A stretch of DNA of 64,000 bases from Actinomycetota bacterium (GTDB taxonomy: Bacteria; Actinomycetota; Thermoleophilia; Solirubrobacterales; 70-9), in assembly GCA_046728935.1 (NCBI GenBank), contig JBKPFS010000107.1, positions 1,660-65,659 of the forward strand. The letters run 5' to 3'. The notes beneath the pieces were generated by a model. It worked only from the letters and a program-made list of their open reading frames with translations. It was not told where the DNA came from and did no database searches. The position numbers and the translations under genes were made by a program. Shown piece by piece: positions 35,806 through 44,196 of the stretch. Position 1 is the first letter of the stretch, and each line of letters opens with the position of its first letter.

Positions 35806-36561
35806 TTGGAGTGGCTCGAACTGATCGCCGTCGCCGGCTGGGCGTTCGCCGTCTCGCTCGTGGGCGGCGTGGTCGGCCTCGTGCTCGGCAACCTGCGCCT
35901 GCCCGTGATGCTCCTGTTCGCTAGCTCGCCGGCGGCCGGCGCCGGCGCGAACGTCGCCGTATCCGGCGTCTCGGCGGTCGCCGCTGCCTCGCGGCACTCG
36001 CGGGCCGGTCGGGTGAGCTGGCGCCTGTTCGCCTGGATGGCGCCGGCGTCGCTTGCCGGCGCGGTGGCGGGTGGCCTGGTGGCTGGGGTCGTTCCCGACG
36101 AGCCGCTGCTGATCGCGATCGGGCTGATCGTGCTCTACGGGGCGTGGGAGGTCTACCGCTACCGGCGACCAAAGACCCCCGAGGCGGCGGCCGACGGCGC
36201 CCACCTCTGGGCCGCCGCCGCGGTGGGCTTCGGGATCGGCCTGCTGGGCGGGTTCGTGGGCCTGATCCTCGGCTCGTTGCGGCTCCCGGCAATGGTGAGG
36301 TACGTGGGCGTCGGCCCCTACGCGGCGGTCGGGACCAACGCCGCGGTCGGGGCAGTCGTCGGGGTTGGAGGGCTGCTCGGCCATCTGCCGAGCGGCGTCG
36401 ATTGGGACCTGTTCGCCGCCGGCTGCGCGGGCGGCGTCCCCGGCGCCTATCTCGGCGCCCACTTGACCGGACGGCTCTCCGAGGACCTGCTGCTGAAGGC
36501 GTGCGCCCTGGTCCTCGTCGTGAGCGGGATCGGCATCCTGGTCCAGGCGTTCACCGGCTGA
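35806..36561 (+). CDS. TauE/SafE-family (DUF81) anion exporter
   Basis: Polytopic, Gly/Ala-rich protein with the internally duplicated pattern VGGVVGL.LGNLRLP / LGGFVGLILGSLRLP. Confidence 0.8.
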   Translation: MEWLELIAVAGWAFAVSLVGGVVGLVLGNLRLPVMLLFASSPAAGAGANVAVSGVSAVAAASRHSRAGRVSWRLFAWMAPASLAGAVAGGLVAGVVPDEPLLIAIGLIVLYGAWEVYRYRRPKTPEAAADGAHLWAAAAVGFGIGLLGGFVGLILGSLRLPAMVRYVGVGPYAAVGTNAAVGAVVGVGGLLGHLPSGVDWDLFAAGCAGGVPGAYLGAHLTGRLSEDLLLKACALVLVVSGIGILVQAFTG

Positions 36562-36599
36562 TTCGGAGGCCGGCCGTGCGCGCCGGATAACCTGACCGC

Positions 36600-37943
36600 A
36601 TGGGAGAGGAGACGGCCGTAGCGGCGACGCGGCTCGGAACCGAAGCGGTCGAGCTCCTCGCCGAGCTCATCCGCTTCGACACCTCGAACCCGCCCGGCAA
36701 CGAGGCCCCGGCGCAGGAGCTTCTCGCCGCTCGCCTCGGCTCCGCGGGCTTTGCCTGCGAGCTGCTCGCCGCGGAGTCCGGACGGCCGAACCTGGTCGCC
36801 GATCTCGACGGAGCGGAGGCGGGACCCACGCTGTGCCTGCTCGGACACGTCGACACCGTCCCGGCCGACCCCTCCGAATGGAGCTTTGACCCCTGGGGCG
36901 GCGATGTCGTCGACGGGCAAGTTCGCGGGCGGGGCGCGCTCGACATGAAGGACCAGGTTGCCGCCGAGGTCGCGGCCGCGGCGGCGCTTGCTCGGGACGG
37001 CTGGCGGCCTGCCAAGGGCGGGCTCAAGGTGGTGATCACGGCCGACGAGGAGGCCGGGGCGACGCTGGGCGCGAAGTGGCTCTGCGAGCAGCACCCGGAC
37101 AAGGTGCGCGCGGACATGGTGGTCAACGAGGGCGGCGGGACAGCGTTCGAGCTCGGCGGGCGGCGCTTCTATCCGCTCTGCGTCGGTGAGAAGGGGGTGT
37201 TCAGGTTCCTGCTTCGCGCGCGCGGGCGGGGAGGACATGGCTCGCTTCCGGGCCTCGGCGACAACGCGCTGTTGAAGCTGTCCCCGGCGGTGGCGCGGTT
37301 TCGCGAGCAGCCGTCGCTGGAGCCGACGGAGGCGGGGATCGCTTTCCTCTCCGGCGTTCTCGGCGAGGACGTCGGATCTGAACCGGATGAGCTGGAGGCG
37401 GCGATGGAGCGGCTCCGGGGGTTGGCGCCGAAGCTCGCGGCCTATCTCGCCGAGCCGATGCTCAGGGTCACGCTCGTCCCCACCATGGCCCGGGCGTCGG
37501 AGAAGGACAACGTGATCCCCTCGGTCGCCGAGGTGCTCGTCGACTGCCGCGTGCCCCCCGGTCTCGGCGCGGACCACGCCGAGCGCCGGATCGCCGAGGT
37601 CCTGGGCCCGTTCGCGGGCGAGGTCGAGCTGGAGTTCGTCGAGGACGTGGTCGGGAACAGCTCGCCGATCGACAGCCCCCTCGCCGCGCGGATCGAGGAC
37701 TGGCTCGCGGAGGCTGACCCTGGCGCCGAGCTTGTACCGATCGTGATGCCGGGGTTCAGCGACAGCCACTGGTGGCGGCGGGCGTTCGACTCCACGGTGG
37801 TCTACGGCTTCTGCCCGCAGCGCGAGCTGGATCTGTTCGCCGCCGTGCCGCTCGTGCATTCGGCCGACGAGCGAGCCGCCGTGTTCGATGTGGAGCTGGC
37901 CGCGTCCTTCTACGCGGACCTCGTGCGGGGCGTGCTCGGATGA
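36600..37943 (+). CDS. M20/M25/M40 family metallohydrolase
   Basis: LLGHVDTVPADPSEW...GRGALDMKD...ADEE motifs. Confidence 0.85.
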   Translation: MGEETAVAATRLGTEAVELLAELIRFDTSNPPGNEAPAQELLAARLGSAGFACELLAAESGRPNLVADLDGAEAGPTLCLLGHVDTVPADPSEWSFDPWGGDVVDGQVRGRGALDMKDQVAAEVAAAAALARDGWRPAKGGLKVVITADEEAGATLGAKWLCEQHPDKVRADMVVNEGGGTAFELGGRRFYPLCVGEKGVFRFLLRARGRGGHGSLPGLGDNALLKLSPAVARFREQPSLEPTEAGIAFLSGVLGEDVGSEPDELEAAMERLRGLAPKLAAYLAEPMLRVTLVPTMARASEKDNVIPSVAEVLVDCRVPPGLGADHAERRIAEVLGPFAGEVELEFVEDVVGNSSPIDSPLAARIEDWLAEADPGAELVPIVMPGFSDSHWWRRAFDSTVVYGFCPQRELDLFAAVPLVHSADERAAVFDVELAASFYADLVRGVLG

Positions 37944-38812
37944 GCCCCGAGGGGACCGGAAAGTCGAACGGCTCAGGACCGAATGGCGATCGACCGTCCG
38001 AGCGCCTGCGCCTAGGAGGAATGGCGCTCAGAAACGGCCTGCTGGTCCATGGTCCGAAGGCCTGGGCGCTGGCGGCTCGCACCCGCGAGGGAGGGATCGA
38101 GGTCGCCTCCGGCGCGAAGCCCGTGTTCGCTCGCGGCCGGCTCGGCGAGATCCCGCTGCTTCGCGGGCCCCTTCGCCTCGCGGAGGCGCTCGCCGTGGTT
38201 CCCCTCGCTCGGGCGCGGCTCCCCGCGGCCCGCCTGGCGTTCGAGGACCGGGGCGTCGCGCTCGCCGCGCTCGTCAGCCTCGTCGCCACCGGCGCCCTGC
38301 GCCGGTGGCGCTCGCAGGAGGCGCCCGAGCGGGGCTCGCCGCTGCGCGAGGCGGCTGTCGCGGCTCTCGGCGTGCTGCCGGCCGTGGCAGCGCTTCGGGA
38401 TCACGACCTCGCCGCCTATCACGGGGTAGAGCACAAGGCGATCGGCGCCTACGAGGTGGGCGCGGATCCGGCGGAGGTCCCCAAGGAGCACCCCCGCTGC
38501 GGCTCGAACCTGATCCTGCCGATGATCGCGCTCTCGGCCGCGGGCCAGCTCGCGGTCGAGCGAGTGGTCCCGAATCCCGGCCCGATCGCTCGCGGGCTCG
38601 CCAGCCTCGTCGGCGTCGGCGCGGCCGTGGAGCTGTTCGTCTTCGCCGAGCGTCATCCCGAGAGCGCCGTCGGCCACGCGGTGCACGGCCCCGGGCACGA
38701 GATCCAGCGCCGGTTCTCCACCCGGGAGCCCACCCCGAAGCAGCTCGAGGTGGGCAAGGCGGCGCTGCAAGAGCTGCTACGGGCAGAGGCCACGGCTGCC
38801 GATACCGTGTAG
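37940..38812 (+). CDS. DUF1385 domain-containing membrane protein
   Basis: GGMALRNGLLVHGP, YHGVEHKAIGAYE and HPRCGSNLILP motifs. The ATG overlaps the upstream stop (ATGA). Confidence 0.85.
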   Translation: MSPEGTGKSNGSGPNGDRPSERLRLGGMALRNGLLVHGPKAWALAARTREGGIEVASGAKPVFARGRLGEIPLLRGPLRLAEALAVVPLARARLPAARLAFEDRGVALAALVSLVATGALRRWRSQEAPERGSPLREAAVAALGVLPAVAALRDHDLAAYHGVEHKAIGAYEVGADPAEVPKEHPRCGSNLILPMIALSAAGQLAVERVVPNPGPIARGLASLVGVGAAVELFVFAERHPESAVGHAVHGPGHEIQRRFSTREPTPKQLEVGKAALQELLRAEATAADTV

Positions 38813-38841
38813 CGGGGAGCGAAGGCTCCGCCGGAGCGACG

Positions 38842-40392
38842 ATGCAGACGATCGCGATCCTCGGAATCGACTACGACCAGTTCGAGCGCTACGCGACGCT
38901 CTGGCTGCCCGTGCTGTTCATGGGCCTGCTCGTCTACCTCCTCTGGCGGACGCTGAAGCTGATGCCGCGGACCAAGCCGCAGCAGATCACCCCCCGGTCG
39001 AAGAGCGCCGTCACGTGGGACGACGTCGCTGGGGTCGAGGAGACGAAGGACGAGCTACGCGAGGTGGTCGACTTCCTCTCCGACCCGAAGCGGTTCAAGC
39101 AGCTGGGTGCCAAGGTCCCGAAGGGGATCCTGCTGCACGGCCCGCCGGGCACGGGCAAGACGCTGCTGGCCAAGGCCGTCGCGCACGAGTCCGGGGCCCA
39201 GTTCTTCAGCCAGTCGGCCTCGTCCTTCGTCGAGATGTTCGCCGGCCTCGGCGCGGCGCGGATCCGGCGCCTGTTCAAGCAAGCGCGCGAGCACGCGCCG
39301 GCGATCATCTTCATCGACGAGCTCGACGCGGTCGGCACCCAGCGCGGCACCGATATCTCCGGAGAGCGCGACCAGACGCTGAACCAGCTCCTGGTCGAGA
39401 TGGACGGGTTCGACGCCCGCGACAACGTGATCGTGATGGCGGCCTCGAACATGCTCGAGAAGCTCGACAAGGCGCTCCTCCGCCCCGGCCGCTTCGACCG
39501 CCAGGTGTTCGTGCCCCCTCCGGACATGCGCGGCCGCGAGCGGATCCTCGAGGTGCACACGGTCGGCAAGCCGCTGGCGCATGACGTCGACCTGGAGCGG
39601 GTGGCCCGGCACGCCTCGGGCCTCACCGGCGCGGACCTCGCCAACCTCGCGAACGAAGCGGCAATCCTCGCCGGCCGGGCGAAGCGCGACTTCATCGCTC
39701 AGGCCGACTTCGACAACGCGTTCGAGCGCGTGGTCGCCGGGCTTCAGACCCGCAAGGTGATCACCGACCAGGAAAAGCGGGTCGTCGCCTGGCACGAGGC
39801 CGGGCACGCCCTCGTCTCCGAGCTGCTGCCCACGGTCGACAAGGTGCAGAAGGTGTCGATCGTGCCCCGCGGCAAGGCGCTCGGCTACACGCTCAACCTG
39901 CCCCAGGAGGACCGGTATCTGAAATCCCGCCAGGAGCTGATCGACTACATGAAGGTGCTGCTCGCCGGGCGCGTCTCCGAGCAGATCACCTTCGGCCGCG
40001 TTACCACCGGCGCCTCCGACGACCTCGGTCGCGTGACCGCGATCGCCCGCTCGATGGTGCACGAGTACGGGATGGGAACCCAGATCCGCTCCCATCAGGT
40101 GCCCGGCGACGACTACACCGCCTCGGAGGCGATGCGCCGCACTCGCGACGAGGAGGTGACCGCGATCGCCGAGGAGGCCTACCGCGGCGCCTACCAGCTG
40201 CTCTCCGACCACCGCGACCTGCTCGACGCGATCGCCGAGCGCCTGCTCGAGAACGAGCAGATCGAGCGCGAGGAGATCAAGGAGATCATGTCCGGCCGCC
40301 GCGACCTCCCCGAGCAGGAGACGACGGTCGTCGAGACCGCGGGCGACCGCGCCGAGGCGCTGGCCGCCGAGCCGCCGCCAGACTCCGAGTAG
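38842..40392 (+). CDS. ftsH: ATP-dependent zinc metalloprotease FtsH (short form, single N-terminal TM helix)
   Basis: GILLHGPPGTGKTLLAKAVA, IIFIDELDA and WHEAGHALVS (HEXXH). ATG at 38842; upstream in-frame sequence is non-protein-like and overlaps DUF1385. Confidence 0.9.
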   Translation: MQTIAILGIDYDQFERYATLWLPVLFMGLLVYLLWRTLKLMPRTKPQQITPRSKSAVTWDDVAGVEETKDELREVVDFLSDPKRFKQLGAKVPKGILLHGPPGTGKTLLAKAVAHESGAQFFSQSASSFVEMFAGLGAARIRRLFKQAREHAPAIIFIDELDAVGTQRGTDISGERDQTLNQLLVEMDGFDARDNVIVMAASNMLEKLDKALLRPGRFDRQVFVPPPDMRGRERILEVHTVGKPLAHDVDLERVARHASGLTGADLANLANEAAILAGRAKRDFIAQADFDNAFERVVAGLQTRKVITDQEKRVVAWHEAGHALVSELLPTVDKVQKVSIVPRGKALGYTLNLPQEDRYLKSRQELIDYMKVLLAGRVSEQITFGRVTTGASDDLGRVTAIARSMVHEYGMGTQIRSHQVPGDDYTASEAMRRTRDEEVTAIAEEAYRGAYQLLSDHRDLLDAIAERLLENEQIEREEIKEIMSGRRDLPEQETTVVETAGDRAEALAAEPPPDSE

Positions 40393-40420
40393 ACGGCAGC
40401 GGCCCAATAGACTCACCCGC

Positions 40421-40831
40421 GTGTTCGAGCTGATCGATCACGTCGGGGTCGCCGTCGATGACCTCGACGCCGCGATCGCCCTCTACGAGGAGAAGTTCGG
40501 GATGCCGCTTGCGCACCGCGAGACGGTCTCCGAGCAGGGCGTCGAGGCGGCGCTGCTCGACGTCGGCGACGGACACGTCGAGCTCCTGCTCCCGCTCGGC
40601 GACGACACGCCCGTGGGCAAGTTCGTCGCCAAGCGAGGCAAGGGCCTTCACCACGTCGCCTACCGCGTCGACGACATCGACGCCGCGCTCGCGGGCCTGA
40701 AGGAGAAGGGGATCGAGCTGATCGACACCGAGGCGCGCACCGGCATCCGTCGGAGCCGGGTGGCGTTCGTGCATCCCCGCTCCACCGGCGGCGTGCTGAC
40801 CGAGATCGTCGAGCCCGCGGAGGAGCACTGA
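40421..40831 (+). CDS. mce: Methylmalonyl-CoA epimerase (VOC/glyoxalase fold)
   Basis: IDHVGVAV.DLD.A...Y...G...VELL.P...P...F...G.GLHHVAY.VDDI is the typical pattern. Confidence 0.85.
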   Translation: MFELIDHVGVAVDDLDAAIALYEEKFGMPLAHRETVSEQGVEAALLDVGDGHVELLLPLGDDTPVGKFVAKRGKGLHHVAYRVDDIDAALAGLKEKGIELIDTEARTGIRRSRVAFVHPRSTGGVLTEIVEPAEEH

Positions 40832-41052
40832 TGGCGGACACCCAGCGAGTCGAGATCGGCATCACCGGAGGGCAGGTGGTCAGCGTGCGGCTCGAGGAGG
40901 ACCGGCTCGGCGACCTGCGCAAAGCCGTGGAGAAGGACAGCGGCTGGTACGACCTGGAGACCGACGACGGCACCCTGGCGCTCGACCTCGACAAGGTGGT
41001 GTTCGTGCGGATCGCCGGGGCCCCGCACACGATCGGCTTCTCGGGCGACTGA
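40831..41052 (+). CDS. DUF3107-like small protein
   Basis: 73 aa; the VEIGITGGQ...LETDDGTLALDLDKVVFVRI pattern resembles DUF3107. ATGA overlap with mce. Confidence 0.55.
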   Translation: MADTQRVEIGITGGQVVSVRLEEDRLGDLRKAVEKDSGWYDLETDDGTLALDLDKVVFVRIAGAPHTIGFSGD

Positions 41053-41534
41053 TGACCACGAAGGACGACTTCACCGACGAGGAGTGGGCGCGGCTCGAGC
41101 GCTCGCCGTTCGTCGCGGCTATGGCGATCTCGCTGGCCGATCCGGGCGGTCCGATCGAGGCCGTGAAGGAGTCGGTGGCGGCGCTCAGGTCCGTGACCGA
41201 GGCGGCCCAATCCGGCGAGGGCGGGGAGCTCGTCGACGCAGTGGCCGAGAGCGTCACGGAGAAGGCGAAGCACCGCCAGAGCCCGCTCGGCGATTTCAAG
41301 CCCAGGGGCGCCCTCGCGGGCGAGGAGATCCTCGACGAGCTTCGCGCGGTCAACGAGTTGGTCTCGCAGAAGGCCTCGCCCGAGGACGCGACCGCGTTCC
41401 GCGAGTGGCTGCTGAACGCGGCGAAGCGTGCCGCGGAGGCGGCAAAGGAGGGCGGCTTTCTCGGCTTCCGTGCGGAGCGCGTGAGCGAGGGCGAGCAGCG
41501 GATGCTCGACAAGCTCCGCGAGGTCCTTTCCTGA
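41052..41534 (+). CDS. Hypothetical cytoplasmic protein
   Basis: 160-codon ORF, helical and acidic, with an ATGA overlap to the previous gene. Confidence 0.6.
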   Translation: MTTKDDFTDEEWARLERSPFVAAMAISLADPGGPIEAVKESVAALRSVTEAAQSGEGGELVDAVAESVTEKAKHRQSPLGDFKPRGALAGEEILDELRAVNELVSQKASPEDATAFREWLLNAAKRAAEAAKEGGFLGFRAERVSEGEQRMLDKLREVLS

Positions 41535-42139
41535 TCCGCAAGCTCGCGCTGCTCGCCGCCGCCGCGCTCGGCGCCGCGGCCTGGTGGTGGCGAAAGAACC
41601 CCTCGGCGTGTCCGTACGGGCAGCGCTTCTGGGTCGAGGCCCCCCACCCGTTCATCACCCGGTCGCGGCTGCGCGAGGCCCTTGCTCCCGCGCCGGGCGA
41701 GCGGATCCTCGAGATCGGCCCCGGGACCGGTTTCTACACGCTCGACCTCGCCGAATCGGTGGGGCCGACGGGGACGGTCGCGATCTTTGACCTCCAGCAG
41801 CGGATGCTCGACCACACCATGCGCCGGGTGGTGGGCGAGCGCGGACTCGCCAACGTCACCCCCACGCAGGGCGATGCCCAGCGCCTGCCATACGACGACG
41901 GCTCGTTCGACGCCTGCGTCCTGATCACGGTGCTCGGGGAGATCCCCGATCAGGAGGCCGCCCTGCGGGAGGTCGCCCGCGTTCTGCGGCCGGGAGGCCG
42001 GCTGATCGTCGGCGAGCTGTTCGGCGACCCGCACTACGTCACCCCAGGATCGCTCGAGCGCCGAGGGCAGGCGAGCGGACTGCGGTTCGCCGAACGCCGC
42101 GGCCCGGCGTTCGGATACTTCGCGCGCCTCGTTCGCTAG
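41531..42139 (+). CDS. Class I SAM-dependent methyltransferase with an N-terminal TM anchor; start unresolved
   Basis: ILEIGPGTGFYT (motif I), DACVLITVL and LRPGGRLIV. The protein-like sequence begins LIRKLALLAAAALGAAAWWW at CTG 41531. The nearest canonical in-frame start, GTG 41405, would overlap the upstream gene by 130 nt. Confidence 0.7.
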   Translation: MIRKLALLAAAALGAAAWWWRKNPSACPYGQRFWVEAPHPFITRSRLREALAPAPGERILEIGPGTGFYTLDLAESVGPTGTVAIFDLQQRMLDHTMRRVVGERGLANVTPTQGDAQRLPYDDGSFDACVLITVLGEIPDQEAALREVARVLRPGGRLIVGELFGDPHYVTPGSLERRGQASGLRFAERRGPAFGYFARLVR

Positions 42140-42197
42140 CCCTACCCCCAACCGGTCACCGATTGCCCGCCGGCGCGACGGGGTATCGGATCGTCCC

Positions 42198-43211
42198 ATG
42201 CCACGTCTGCGACGGGTGGACTGCTCCGAGCCCGGGCTGCGGCGGATCCGCCACGGCCGCGGCTTTCGCTACCTCGAGCAGGACGGGACCCCGATCGGCG
42301 ACCGCGAGGTGCTGGAGCGGATTCGCGAGCTCGCGATCCCGCCGGCGTGGGAGGACGTGTGGATCTGCCCCCACCTTCGCGGCCACATCCAGGCGACCGG
42401 GATCGACGACGCCGGCCGCAAGCAGTACCTCTACCACCCAAGCTGGCGCGAGCATCGCGATCGCGAGAAGTTCGCCGAGATGGAGCGCTTCGCTCGCGCG
42501 CTGCCGCGCATGCGCGAGCGGGTCGTCGGCGACCTCGCTCGCCGCGGGCTGATCCGCGAGCGGGTCCTCGCCTGCGCCGTGCGGCTGCTCGATCTCGGCT
42601 TCTTTCGCATCGGCAGCGAGCGCTACGCGGCCGAGAACGAGACCTACGGACTGGCGACCCTTCGCCGTCGACACCTCCGCTTCGAGCGCGCGGTCGCGGT
42701 CTTCGACTATCGCTCCAAGGGCTCCAAGCGCCATCGCCAGGAGATCGCCGACGAGCTGGTGATGCCGACCCTGCGGGCCCTGAAGCGCCGCCCCGGGCCC
42801 AACGGGGAGCTGCTCGCGTACCGGCGCGGTCGCGAGTGGATCGGGGTCCGCTCGGATGAGATCAACGAGTACCTCGGCGAGGTCACCGGCGACGGCTTCA
42901 CGGCGAAGGACTTCCGGACCTGGAACGCGACCGTGCTGGCGGCGGTCGAGCTCGCCGGCAACGGCGCGGCGCCGGACTCGACGGCGGCGCGAAAGCGCGT
43001 CGCCACCCGAGCCGTCGAGCGCGTGGCCGAGTACATGTCGAACACCCCCGCGGTCTGTCGCAGCGCCTACATCGACCCGCGCGTCTTCGACCGCTTCGAC
43101 TCCGGCCAGACGATCAGGCCGGCGCTGAGGCAGATCGTGAACGGAACCGGGCCGGGGGAGTTCCCCGACCGCGAGCGCATCGAGCGAGCCGTGCTCAGGC
43201 TGATCTCGTAG
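42198..43211 (+). CDS. DNA topoisomerase IB (bacterial, poxvirus-like)
   Basis: GRGFRY, IPPAWEDVWI, GIDDAGRKQYLYHP, FRIGSERYA, GFTAKDFRTWNAT and CRSAYIDPRV motifs. Confidence 0.85.
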   Translation: MPRLRRVDCSEPGLRRIRHGRGFRYLEQDGTPIGDREVLERIRELAIPPAWEDVWICPHLRGHIQATGIDDAGRKQYLYHPSWREHRDREKFAEMERFARALPRMRERVVGDLARRGLIRERVLACAVRLLDLGFFRIGSERYAAENETYGLATLRRRHLRFERAVAVFDYRSKGSKRHRQEIADELVMPTLRALKRRPGPNGELLAYRRGREWIGVRSDEINEYLGEVTGDGFTAKDFRTWNATVLAAVELAGNGAAPDSTAARKRVATRAVERVAEYMSNTPAVCRSAYIDPRVFDRFDSGQTIRPALRQIVNGTGPGEFPDRERIERAVLRLIS

Positions 43212-44196
43212 CGGGCGCCGATCCCGCGAGCGCGCCCCAGAGCCGCTCCTCGGCGTCGAGCACCTCCGCCGCCCGATCGCCGATCAGCGCCCAGGGGGCC
43301 GGATCGGGCCGAACGCGCTCGGACGCCTCCCTCAGCGCCTCGGCGAGCTCACTCCACCGTGCCGCCGCCTCGGCGCAGAGGTCCGCCTCCTCCCGCTCCG
43401 CCTCGCTCAGAAAGCGCGAGTACATGAGTCGGAAGTTGCCGCCCCCAGTACCGCGCCGCTCGATCACCTGGTAGTTGAACCGGGCACACCACTTCCAGTC
43501 CTCGGTCGCCTCCGGCCAGCTCCCCACCTCACTCGCGAACAGCCGCAGCGCCGGGAGACCCTCGTACTCGCCAAGGGGCGGCTCGATCATCCGCTGCGCG
43601 CAGCGCTCGACGGCGCGCGGAATCGAGGCGGCGAGATCGCCGATCGCCTCCCCGTCGGGGAGGTGGAACATATGCCCGGCGAGGGGAAAGACCGGAAGCC
43701 GGGCGTGGCGGGCGCGGCGAAGCCCCTCCAGGCCGCTCGCCTGTAGCCCCTCGAACCCGGTGTCCGAGAGGTAGGCGACCTCGTCGTCGTATCCGGCGAG
43801 GACCACCGCGTGGCCGGGGAAGTGGGCGGAGGTGCCGTAGTGGTCGAGGTGGTAGAGGTCGGTGAGCAGGATCGGGGGACGGCCGGAGTCGACCACCTCG
43901 CGGGCCATCTCCCAGGCGCGCTCGGGGTCGTCGTCGGTAGCCAGCTCGAGCGGCGCCCCCGTCAGCTCGACGAACTGCTCCTCGAGGCGCGACGTGCGCC
44001 CGTTGGTGAACCTCGACGGTGACTGCCCGTCGAGCTTGACGTAGTAGAAGCAGGCGCCAGCGCCGAGGCCGAAGGCCATTTCCTCGCTGATCTCAACCCC
44101 GTGGAAGGCCAGCAGGTTGCGAAGGGCCGTGGACCCGCAGTGATTCCCGGGGAGGTGACGATAGCCCGGGACCATCGTCGCCGTCTCGGCGGTCAT
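43195..44196 (-). CDS. BtrH N-terminal domain / DUF4872 family protein
   Basis: The ATG at 44196 gives MTAETATMVPGYRHLPGNHCGSTALRNLLAFHGVEISEEMAFGLGAG..., the Cys-containing BtrH-like N-domain. ATGA overlap with the upstream ligase. Confidence 0.7.
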   Translation of the reverse strand: MTAETATMVPGYRHLPGNHCGSTALRNLLAFHGVEISEEMAFGLGAGACFYYVKLDGQSPSRFTNGRTSRLEEQFVELTGAPLELATDDDPERAWEMAREVVDSGRPPILLTDLYHLDHYGTSAHFPGHAVVLAGYDDEVAYLSDTGFEGLQASGLEGLRRARHARLPVFPLAGHMFHLPDGEAIGDLAASIPRAVERCAQRMIEPPLGEYEGLPALRLFASEVGSWPEATEDWKWCARFNYQVIERRGTGGGNFRLMYSRFLSEAEREEADLCAEAAARWSELAEALREASERVRPDPAPWALIGDRAAEVLDAEERLWGALAGSAPATRSA

